Positions 38,962-46,870 of a DNA stretch of 64,000 nt are shown here, in pieces. The stretch covers positions 740,840-804,839 of the forward strand of contig CAVUEQ010000001.1 of assembly GCA_963740635.1 (NCBI GenBank). The letters are read 5' to 3'. The notes beneath the pieces were generated by a model. That model saw nothing but the letters and a program-made list of their open reading frames with translations. It was not told the origin of the DNA and did not search any database. The DNA comes from an uncultured bacterium (GTDB lineage Bacteria > Patescibacteriota > Saccharimonadia > UBA4664). Made by a program: the position numbers and the translations under genes. Each line of letters starts with the position of its first letter. Positions within the stretch are counted from its first letter, which is position 1.

Positions 38962-40421
38962 TTGCCCTCGGCCTTAGACGGTTCGTGCTTGGGGAAGAGC
39001 AGGCCGACGTCGGGGCGGGCCACGCCGCCGGCGAAGGTGGCCGCGATTTTCTGGGCGGTGGCCGGCATGAACGGCATGATCATGGTGGCAATTTGGTTGA
39101 GGTCGGCCACGGCGTGGTGCAGCACTTCGGCGAGCTGGTTGGTGTCGGGGCGCTTGCCACCAACGGCTAGCTCCCAGGGCTTCTCCTCTTCGAGGTACTG
39201 GTTCAGGCCGCGGATGAGCAGCCAGACTTCGGCGAGGGCCTTGTCGAAGCGCAGGGCAGTCATGGCCTCTTCGTACGGCCGAACGTCGTGGGAATGCTGC
39301 GGCAGGTCGCCGACGATGCCCTTGAAGTACTTGCCAAACATCACCTGCACGCGCTGCACGAGGTTGCCGAGGTCGTTGGCGAGGTCGGCGTTGTAGACCT
39401 GCTCCATGCGGTTCCAGGAGAAGTCGCCGTCGGCGTCGGAGGGAATTTCGCGCAGCAGGTAGTAGCGCAGGGCGTCCAGGCCGTATTTGGCGATGACGTC
39501 GGCCGGCGCCACCACGTTGCCGAGCGATTTGCTCATCTTGTGGCCTTCGCTCGAAATGAAGCCGTGGGCATAGATGGCCTTAGGAACCGGCAACCCGGCC
39601 GAAATCAACATCGCGGGCCAGAGGGCGGCGTGGAAGCGCGTGATGTCTTTGCCGATCACGTGAATATCGGCGGGCCAATAAGTGGTGAACTGCTTGGCTC
39701 CCAGGTCGGGGTAGCCCAAGGCGGAGATGTAATTGGTGAGGGCGTCGTACCACACATACATGACGTGGGTTTTGTCGTCGGGCACCTCAACCCCCCAGTC
39801 GAGCTGGCTTTTTTCGCGCGAGATACTGATGTCTTCGAGGCCGCGGTCGAGCAGGGCGAGCATCTCGTTGCGCCGCGAATCCGGATAGACCACCAGCTTA
39901 CCGGAGTTGATCAGCTCGCGGATTTGCTCGGTGTAAGCGCTTAGTTTGAAAAAGTAATTTTCCGCCTTCATATGCTCGAGGGGCTTTTTGTGGATGGGAC
40001 AGACGTGGTCCGGCACGTCGATGTCGGTGTAGAAAGCCTCGCAGCCGGTGCAGTACCAGCCCTCATAAGGCTGCTTGTAAATGTCTTTCTTGGTGGCGGC
40101 CCAGAGGGCCTGGGCGGCGGCTTTGTGTTTGGGGTCGGTAGTGCGAATGAACTGGTCGACCGAAACGTTGATCTCGCCGGTGAGGTCTTTGAAATGCTTG
40201 CTTACCTCGTCGACGTAGTCCTGCGGGGTAAGGCCTGCGGCCTCGGCGGCCTGCTTGTTTTTGTTGCCGTTTTCGTCGGTGCCGGTGAGAAACCAGACTT
40301 GGTCGCCGCGTTGGCGGTGATAGCGCGCCAGCACATCGGCCTGGATTAGCTCCATGGCATAGCCGATATGCGGGGCGGCGTTGGTGTAGGCGATGGATGT
40401 GGTGACGTAGAATTTGGCCAT
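38958..40421 (-). CDS. metG: Methionine--tRNA ligase (short form)
   Basis: PHIGYA, YVWYDAL, GKDITRFH, KMSKS. Confidence 0.97.
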   Translation of the reverse strand: MAKFYVTTSIAYTNAAPHIGYAMELIQADVLARYHRQRGDQVWFLTGTDENGNKNKQAAEAAGLTPQDYVDEVSKHFKDLTGEINVSVDQFIRTTDPKHKAAAQALWAATKKDIYKQPYEGWYCTGCEAFYTDIDVPDHVCPIHKKPLEHMKAENYFFKLSAYTEQIRELINSGKLVVYPDSRRNEMLALLDRGLEDISISREKSQLDWGVEVPDDKTHVMYVWYDALTNYISALGYPDLGAKQFTTYWPADIHVIGKDITRFHAALWPAMLISAGLPVPKAIYAHGFISSEGHKMSKSLGNVVAPADVIAKYGLDALRYYLLREIPSDADGDFSWNRMEQVYNADLANDLGNLVQRVQVMFGKYFKGIVGDLPQHSHDVRPYEEAMTALRFDKALAEVWLLIRGLNQYLEEEKPWELAVGGKRPDTNQLAEVLHHAVADLNQIATMIMPFMPATAQKIAATFAGGVARPDVGLLFPKHEPSKAEGK

Positions 40422-40485
40422 CGTAAGGGTATCGTTAACTGCGTTATCGTAGCATAAATCTTATCCGGGCATCGACCCTTCGTCA

Positions 40486-40554
40486 TGTATGTGTGTTTTT
40501 ATATCATATATGGGTTCCCGCAGATACCATATAAGGTATAAAAAACGTGATACA
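40486..40554. repeat. AT-rich long hairpin element, copy 2
   Basis: Homologous to 18492-18558. Confidence 0.75.
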
Positions 40555-40573
40555 CCTCGAAGGAGGCTCGCCG

Positions 40574-41311
40574 TTACTGTCTTAATGCGCCGGGTGCGGG
40601 CGGGATTTTGGGTTTGGGTTGCTTGGTGGGCTTGATGAAGCGGTTCTTGAGCTTGCCGGCGGCGTTGACCAGGCGCAGGGCGACGGAGACCAGGAGCAAA
40701 GCGAGGGCAATGAGGCCGAGCTGGAGCGCAACTCCGTGCAAAGCGGTGGTGAGGAAGGGCGCGAGGGCGGTTTTAAGCGGGGCGGCGCCGGGCTGGTTGA
40801 GCAGGGAGAGGACGATGGTGGGCGTGAACCACATGAGGGCGGCGGACAGGCCGAGGCTAAACGCCGATTGCAACGTGGTACGGGCCAGCACCGGCAGGCG
40901 CTCGGCGCGCATGGTGAACAGAATCAGCAGCACGAGCACTACTACGAGCACAGGGGCTAGGAACGTGGCGGGCTGGATAGCCTTGAAGGTGTGCGAGATA
41001 GTGTCGTCGCCGGTGCCGAGGTTGAGAGTTTGGGGCTGGCCGCCGGGCGGAGTGAAGGTGGGGGCGGGGGTGCCCTTGGTGAGGTGGTCGATGAACGCGG
41101 GCAGCACCGCCTGCACCTGGTCGCGCAAGACCGACGGGTTGATGTCGGCGTCGGGGATGGAGGTGCTGAGGCTTTGGTAGAGCCCGCTTTGATCGGCCGC
41201 ACGTTCGAGGTAGGCGGGGCTGCCGAGAGTACGGCTGAGCACAAACGACCAGGCCGTAATGGTAATGACGAGCGTGAGCAGAAATGCCAGAACGTGGCCG
41301 ATGAATTTCAT
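40574..41311 (-). CDS. Multi-pass membrane hypothetical protein
   Basis: Four hydrophobic helices; ATGA coupling to rsmA. Confidence 0.7.
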   Translation of the reverse strand: MKFIGHVLAFLLTLVITITAWSFVLSRTLGSPAYLERAADQSGLYQSLSTSIPDADINPSVLRDQVQAVLPAFIDHLTKGTPAPTFTPPGGQPQTLNLGTGDDTISHTFKAIQPATFLAPVLVVVLVLLILFTMRAERLPVLARTTLQSAFSLGLSAALMWFTPTIVLSLLNQPGAAPLKTALAPFLTTALHGVALQLGLIALALLLVSVALRLVNAAGKLKNRFIKPTKQPKPKIPPAPGALRQ

Positions 41312-42138
41312 CCGAGGATTCCTTGTTTTTCGGTTAGGTTATAGAGGCGCTGCCAGGATTTGAGATCGAGCTCCTGGGCGCGCGCGGTGGGGGCAAGTTT
41401 GGCCTTGGCAATGAGCTCGACGGCTAGCCCGGGGCTGAGGTTGAGGCCGCCGGCGAGGGCGTTTTTGAGCTGCTTGCGCTTTTCGCCGAAGCCGGCCTTG
41501 ATGAGGCGGAACAGTACGGCGGGGTCGGCCGGGAAGGCGGGGCCGGTGAGGGTGACGCGCAGCACGGCCGAGTCGACTTCGGGCGCCGGCCAGAATTTAT
41601 GGCGCTCCACGATGCGCACGATTTCGGGCCGGCCGTAATACTGGACCGACAGCGCCAGGATGGACAGTTGGCCGGGCCGGGCGGTGATGCGTTCGGCTAC
41701 CTCACGCTGGATGAGGAGGCTCATGACCGACGGCGGGTTGGGGCTCTCGATGAGAGTCCGGAAGATTTTGGAGGTGAGGTAATACGGGATGTTGGCGATA
41801 ACTTTGTAACCGGGCGGCAGGGCGGTGAGGTCGAATTCCAAAAAATCCTGCTCCACGACCTCGAGGTTGGCGGGCGCATCGCGGCGCAGGAGGCCGGCCA
41901 GCACCTGGTCGGTTTCGACCGCGATGAGGCGGCCGGCCCGATCGGCCAGCGGGCGGGTCATGACGCCCAGGCCCGGGCCGATTTCTAGGACCGTGTCGGC
42001 TGGGTCTACGCGGGCCCCATCCATGACGGCCTGCAAGCTCGGCTTGTCGACCAGAAAGTGCTGTCCTAAGCCTTTATTTGGCTTAATGCCAGCTAGTTTG
42101 AGAGCAGTGCGAACGTCTTCGACGCGCGTGAGATCCAT
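41308..42138 (-). CDS. rsmA: 16S rRNA dimethyltransferase RsmA/KsgA
   Basis: LGQHFL, VLEIGPGLG, ANIPYY, QREVAER. Confidence 0.96.
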   Translation of the reverse strand: MDLTRVEDVRTALKLAGIKPNKGLGQHFLVDKPSLQAVMDGARVDPADTVLEIGPGLGVMTRPLADRAGRLIAVETDQVLAGLLRRDAPANLEVVEQDFLEFDLTALPPGYKVIANIPYYLTSKIFRTLIESPNPPSVMSLLIQREVAERITARPGQLSILALSVQYYGRPEIVRIVERHKFWPAPEVDSAVLRVTLTGPAFPADPAVLFRLIKAGFGEKRKQLKNALAGGLNLSPGLAVELIAKAKLAPTARAQELDLKSWQRLYNLTEKQGILG

Positions 42139-42190
42139 ATAAGAGGAGTGTAACATTAAATTTTTTTCGGGCTTATGCCCTGCATGGTGT

Positions 42191-42260
42191 ATGTGCCAAA
42201 TTGGGAGATAGGTTTCAAAATTGAGGCTAAATTTTCGAGCGATGTCCCAATTTGGCACAT
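42191..42260. repeat. Inverted pair of 19-bp boxes, copy 2
   Basis: atgtgccaaattgggagat (42191-42209) and atgtcccaatttggcacat (42242-42260), 18/19 complementary. Confidence 0.7.
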
Positions 42261-43295
42261 TCAGGCTGCTGGGAGTGGGCCAGCGGGAGGAGTGGAAGCC
42301 GGAGTTGGAACCGCAGAAGTTGGTGGGGCCGGTGGAGCCGATGGGGCCGGGGCAAAAGGCGGGGCGGCGGGGGCGGGTGGGGCCGGGGGAGCCGCGGGCG
42401 CAGGCGGGGCCGGCGGCGGCGCAGGTGGGGCCGGCGGCGCGGCACCCATAGCCAGCAGCTGCGCCAAGGCGGTGCGGGTGCGGGCTACCGTGCCGGCAAT
42501 GTCGCCGCCGGCCTTGTTGATTTGCCAGGCCAACAGCGCCAGCATTTTGTAAGCCGCATAGACCTTAATGGTTTCAGGTTTACTGACCTGGAGCATGTGG
42601 TTCATGATTTGGGCGCTGGCTTCAGGTTGGTCCGCCAGCGAAAACCACAGCCCCACCAGGTCGATCAGCCGGTCGCCATAGCCGACCTGGTCCCAGTCGA
42701 GGACCGCGGAGATATTTTGCCCCTGGGTGAGCACCTGGTCGATGGTGAAGTCGCCGTGGACGAGGTCGCCCTTTTCCAACATCAGGTTGTCGAGGCCCAT
42801 CACCATGCCCTCGATTTGGGCGGCCAGCGAACTGGTTTCGGGCCCAAAGAGCATCAGCATGCGGACCAGGCTCCCCTCCCCTTTGAAGACGGCGCTTTGG
42901 ATGTACCAGCCCCAGTCTTGGCCCTGGACTTCGGAAATGGCCTTGCCTTTTTGGAGCTCGATGAGGTTAATGAGAGCCGTGACTTGCTCCGGAGTGGGCT
43001 TTTCGGTGGCCAGCCCGGGGAGTTCGTCCTCGAGCCAAAAGGTGCCGCGGTCGGTGGCGTCGATGTAGTAATAGGCGGGTACGGGGTAACCAAGCGGCCG
43101 GAGGTGCCCGGTGGCGGCTTTGGCGCGTTCTATCTGGGCTTTCCACATGGGATTATTGCTAGTTTTGAGTACGGCGCGAGCGCCGTCGGTGTTGGTAACG
43201 CGAAAGGCATGTTCGCCACCCGAAAACTGCGCCGTGAGCGTGTAGTTGGTGCCCTTGGCGGCGTTGATGTATTCGAGGGCTGAATTAGGGTCCAT
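42261..43295 (-). CDS. Aminoglycoside-phosphotransferase-like kinase with Pro/Ala tail
   Basis: VHGDF and LDWD motifs. Confidence 0.8.
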   Translation of the reverse strand: MDPNSALEYINAAKGTNYTLTAQFSGGEHAFRVTNTDGARAVLKTSNNPMWKAQIERAKAATGHLRPLGYPVPAYYYIDATDRGTFWLEDELPGLATEKPTPEQVTALINLIELQKGKAISEVQGQDWGWYIQSAVFKGEGSLVRMLMLFGPETSSLAAQIEGMVMGLDNLMLEKGDLVHGDFTIDQVLTQGQNISAVLDWDQVGYGDRLIDLVGLWFSLADQPEASAQIMNHMLQVSKPETIKVYAAYKMLALLAWQINKAGGDIAGTVARTRTALAQLLAMGAAPPAPPAPPPAPPAPAAPPAPPAPAAPPFAPAPSAPPAPPTSAVPTPASTPPAGPLPAA

Positions 43296-43365
43296 AGATT
43301 GATAGTAAGCTTAGGGGTTACGCTTGTAAAACGGTTCAAAGGTCAGCCGTAAGATATTGCTCAGG

Positions 43366-44535
43366 TTAATCGGCGATGCAGGGGCCGGTGCCGACGGCGG
43401 AATGCGATTTGGCTTGAGTGATGGCAGACATTATTTCGGGCGAGGTGAGGGCGTAGCCGACGTCGGGGTTGGTGGTGGAGGTGGCGAAGACGACGCCGAT
43501 GACAGCGCCGCCCTCGGTGACGAGCGGGCCGCCGGAGTTGCCGGGCCGCACCACGGCCTGCAGCACATAGATGTCGCGGTGGATGAGGCCGGTGTCGTAG
43601 ATGTCGCGGCCGACGGCGGTAAGCCGTGCGAGGATGGCGGCCGCGCCGGGGGTGAAGCTGCCGCCGCCGGGGTAGCCGAGCACGGCCGCGACCGTGCCGC
43701 GGGGTTCGTTGCGGGTGTCGAGCGGCAGCGGTGCGCCGGCCAGCCGGGTGGTGCGGAGCACGGCCAGGTCGAGGTCCGGGTCAAACCACACCACCGTGGC
43801 GGTGTGCCGGCCGGCCGAGTCGGTGATTTGCGGGCGGTCGATGCCGGCGACCACGTGGGCGTTGGTGGCCACGAGGCCACTGCCCACCACGAAGCCCGAG
43901 CCCTCCACGATGCCGCCGCAGCCCGCGCCTTCGACTTTGACGGTGGACTCGCGGGCGGCGGCCGCAGCGGCGTTGACGGCGGCGGCGTTGGGCCCCGTGA
44001 CCGGCGGGGCGGGCGTGGGTTCCAGGCCCGCGAACACCTGCGGGAAGCGGCCGGCGCCCACCAGGCGCTCAATGCGGGCCGTGACCTCCGGCGCCGGCGG
44101 CAGCACCTGGTCGAGGGCGGCGAGGATGCGCGAGCCGGCGACGTCGGTGGCCAGCTGCGGCCCGCCGGCCTGCCCAAAGGTGGCCGCCAGCAGCCAGACG
44201 GCCAGCAGGGTGCCGATGAACCCGAAGGCGGCGCCGAGCACGCCGTCGGCCTGGCCGAGGCCGGCGCGCTCGGTGAGGCCGCGGAAATGCTCGCCGACGG
44301 CCTCGCCAATCCCCGAGACCGTGAGCGCAATGGCAAAGAACAACATCAGGATCAGGAACGGCCGGCCGGGCGTGGGCGGCAAAATGCCGGCAATAAACGG
44401 GGCCAGGATAGCGCCGGCCAGCATTCCCACCACAAAGCCACCGATCGACCCGAGCTGACGCAGGAAGCCCGAGGCCACCCCGCGGACGGCCGCCGCTCCC
44501 ACTAAGACTATTATGAGGAAGTCGATAAAATTCAC
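43366..44535 (-). CDS. MarP-family membrane serine protease (CvpA-like TM domain plus trypsin domain)
   Basis: TNAHVVAG, DLDLAVL, PGNSGGP triad after four TM helices. Confidence 0.9.
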   Translation of the reverse strand: MNFIDFLIIVLVGAAAVRGVASGFLRQLGSIGGFVVGMLAGAILAPFIAGILPPTPGRPFLILMLFFAIALTVSGIGEAVGEHFRGLTERAGLGQADGVLGAAFGFIGTLLAVWLLAATFGQAGGPQLATDVAGSRILAALDQVLPPAPEVTARIERLVGAGRFPQVFAGLEPTPAPPVTGPNAAAVNAAAAAARESTVKVEGAGCGGIVEGSGFVVGSGLVATNAHVVAGIDRPQITDSAGRHTATVVWFDPDLDLAVLRTTRLAGAPLPLDTRNEPRGTVAAVLGYPGGGSFTPGAAAILARLTAVGRDIYDTGLIHRDIYVLQAVVRPGNSGGPLVTEGGAVIGVVFATSTTNPDVGYALTSPEIMSAITQAKSHSAVGTGPCIAD

Positions 44536-44581
44536 GTTGTAATTATACGCGCCTAGTTAGCGGCCCGGGCTGAGAAACAGC

Positions 44582-45793
44582 TTATTTACACTGCCAGGCT
44601 TTGGTGCCTTCGCGGGCCATCTTTTTGGCGGCCAACTGGATCTGGAGCGAGCCGTCGAAAATGTTGTCGTTGGTGCCGCCGGCCGAGCGCCAGGTAGAGG
44701 GCAGGAACTGGAACAGGCCGGTGGGGTGCTCGCCGTTAATCACGAAGGCTGACACATCAGTGGCGTTGCCGTGGGATTCACAGTTCATGATACGCAGCAT
44801 CATGTTGGGGTCGAGGCCCCAGACCGCGGCGGCGGCCTCCACCTGCGGGCGCCAGTATTCGACCGATCCGGCGAAGAAGACCTTGGTACCCTCGACGACC
44901 ACTTGGGTCACCGGAGCCGCCTCGCTGACGGTCTGGACGGCTTCGCGGGCGGTTTCGGCGCCGTCTTTGTAGTGGATGCGCCAGGTGACGGTTTTTTGGC
45001 CGTCGGCGCCGGCGGTTTTAACGGCGGTCTGGCCTTTGAGCACGGTGGGGTCGGGGATAACTTTGACCGGCCGCGGCAGCACCTGCGTGAGCGTAACGAC
45101 GGCCTCGGTGACGCGCGTGATTGAAACTGTTGTGCCGGCCACAACGGGCGAACTAATAGGCGTGGATAGCGTGTCCTTGGGACCAAGCACCACGCCACCG
45201 TCCTTGAGGGCCTCGCCGGTGGTGGCGGCCTGAGTGCGGATGAGGCGGTTTTGGCCGTCGACCTTGACGTTTAGAGGCTTGGCGCGGGTGACCACCACCT
45301 TCTCCCCCACCCCTCCGTCGTCGACAAAATCGGTGATGACCTCCGTGCGGAAGCGGTCTTCTGGGTAGAGCACGAGGCCGGCGGCCAAGGCGAGCAGGCG
45401 CGGGCTCTGGTAGGCGCTGCGGAGGCGGTAGGTCTGAGTGCCGTCCTCGACCAGCACGGGCCGGGCGCGGTAGACGTTGATATTGAACTGGCCCGTGGGC
45501 ACGCTGGAGGCGGGGGCGGGCTCCACCAGGTCGGCAGAGGCCAGCTTCACGCCGGCGCGGCGCAGCACGTCGCCGACGGTTTTGTCGTCGGCTGAGAGCA
45601 GGCGTGAACGCCCGTCGGCGTACAGCGAGATGAGGGCGTGCGCATCGGCGTTGGCGCCGGCCGTTACGGGCAGGCGGCCGGTGGAGGGGCCGAGGCTGAC
45701 TATGCTAATGAGGATGCCGATCGCCAGGAGGTTGCGGGGCCTTGCTGCAAGTTTCCGGTAGGCGGCGATGATCCGGCTGATACCGTGACGCAA
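44582..45793 (-). CDS. DUF348-G5-transglycosylase protein (RpfB/YabE-like)
   Basis: Ubiquitin-like DUF348 repeats, G5 domain, CESHGN...GLFQFLPSTW; promoter TTGACC-N17-TACCAT upstream. Confidence 0.88.
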   Translation of the reverse strand: MRHGISRIIAAYRKLAARPRNLLAIGILISIVSLGPSTGRLPVTAGANADAHALISLYADGRSRLLSADDKTVGDVLRRAGVKLASADLVEPAPASSVPTGQFNINVYRARPVLVEDGTQTYRLRSAYQSPRLLALAAGLVLYPEDRFRTEVITDFVDDGGVGEKVVVTRAKPLNVKVDGQNRLIRTQAATTGEALKDGGVVLGPKDTLSTPISSPVVAGTTVSITRVTEAVVTLTQVLPRPVKVIPDPTVLKGQTAVKTAGADGQKTVTWRIHYKDGAETAREAVQTVSEAAPVTQVVVEGTKVFFAGSVEYWRPQVEAAAAVWGLDPNMMLRIMNCESHGNATDVSAFVINGEHPTGLFQFLPSTWRSAGGTNDNIFDGSLQIQLAAKKMAREGTKAWQCK

Positions 45794-46100
45794 AATAATC
45801 GTCTCTTTCGTTAATACGAAGCGACTTTTATTTCTCGTTGTTGGTTTTTGAGAACATGCTTATGGTAGCGCACTATCTGGAATGGGTCAAATTTTCTTCT
45901 AATGTACTCTGGTGCGGGGCGTGATGCTACCTGATGCTATTCTTTCGCCTGCGCGCTTTGTGGTAGTAGTCTTAAATTAGGACTTCGGGAAAATTTCTTG
46001 CTTTACTGGAGCCATTAATTTTTACAACAGTCTAAAGTTAGGACAACCTAATAAACGTCAAACGCCCGGCCAAAAATTTCGGCCGGTGGTTTTGGCTAGC

Positions 46101-46823
46101 TTAGCCGACTTTGGTGCCGACGTTCTGGCCTTCGATGACGCGGCGGATGTTGCCGTGGGTGAGCAGGTCGAAGACGACGATGGGCAGTGAATTGTCCATG
46201 GCGAGCGAGATGGCGGCGTTGTCCATGACGTTGATTTCGGGGTCGGTGAGGACCTTGTCGAAGGTGAGGTTGTCGTGCTTCTTGGCGCCTGGGTGCTTGG
46301 CGGGGTCTTTGTCGAAGACGCCGGCGACCTTGGTGGCCTTCAGTACCAGCTCGCAGTCCAGCTCGAGGGCGGTGGTGACGGCGGCGGTGTCGGTGGTGAC
46401 GTAGGGGTTGCCGGTGCCGCCCGCGACAACCACTACCCTGCCCTTCTCCAGATGGCGCAGGCCCCGGCGGCGGATGTAGGGCTCGGCGACGGAGTCGGCG
46501 CGCAGGCGGGTAGTGAGGCGGGCCGGGACGCCGGTGGCTTCGAGGATGTCGACGAGCGCCATGCCGTTGATGAGCGTGGCGAGCATGCCCATGTAATCGC
46601 CGGTGGCGCGCTCGATGCCGGATTTGGCCACGGAGGCGCCGCGCATAATGTTGCCGCCGCCCACTATGATCGCCAGCTGGACATTGGTGGCCGCGATGGT
46701 CTCGGCCAGTTCTTTGGCCAGGCGGTTGACGAACACCGGGTCAATACCGTTTTCGCGCTCGCCGGCAAATTGCTCACCGGAGAGTTTGAGCAGGACGCGC
46801 TTGTGGGTTTGCGGGTTTGACAT
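46101..46823 (-). CDS. pyrH: UMP kinase
   Basis: RVLLKLSGE, GGGN, DYMGMLAT, GTGNPYVTTD. Confidence 0.97.
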   Translation of the reverse strand: MSNPQTHKRVLLKLSGEQFAGERENGIDPVFVNRLAKELAETIAATNVQLAIIVGGGNIMRGASVAKSGIERATGDYMGMLATLINGMALVDILEATGVPARLTTRLRADSVAEPYIRRRGLRHLEKGRVVVVAGGTGNPYVTTDTAAVTTALELDCELVLKATKVAGVFDKDPAKHPGAKKHDNLTFDKVLTDPEINVMDNAAISLAMDNSLPIVVFDLLTHGNIRRVIEGQNVGTKVG

Positions 46824-46870
46824 TGCTGTTAATAGTAGCGCAACTCGATTGGTTGCTCAATGGCGGTGGG

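Noticed and set aside
45794-46100. Long AT-rich spacer as a c-di-AMP riboswitch or ncRNA
   Set aside because: Only a promoter, short leader hairpins and a hairpin after pyrH are visible; no ydaO consensus.
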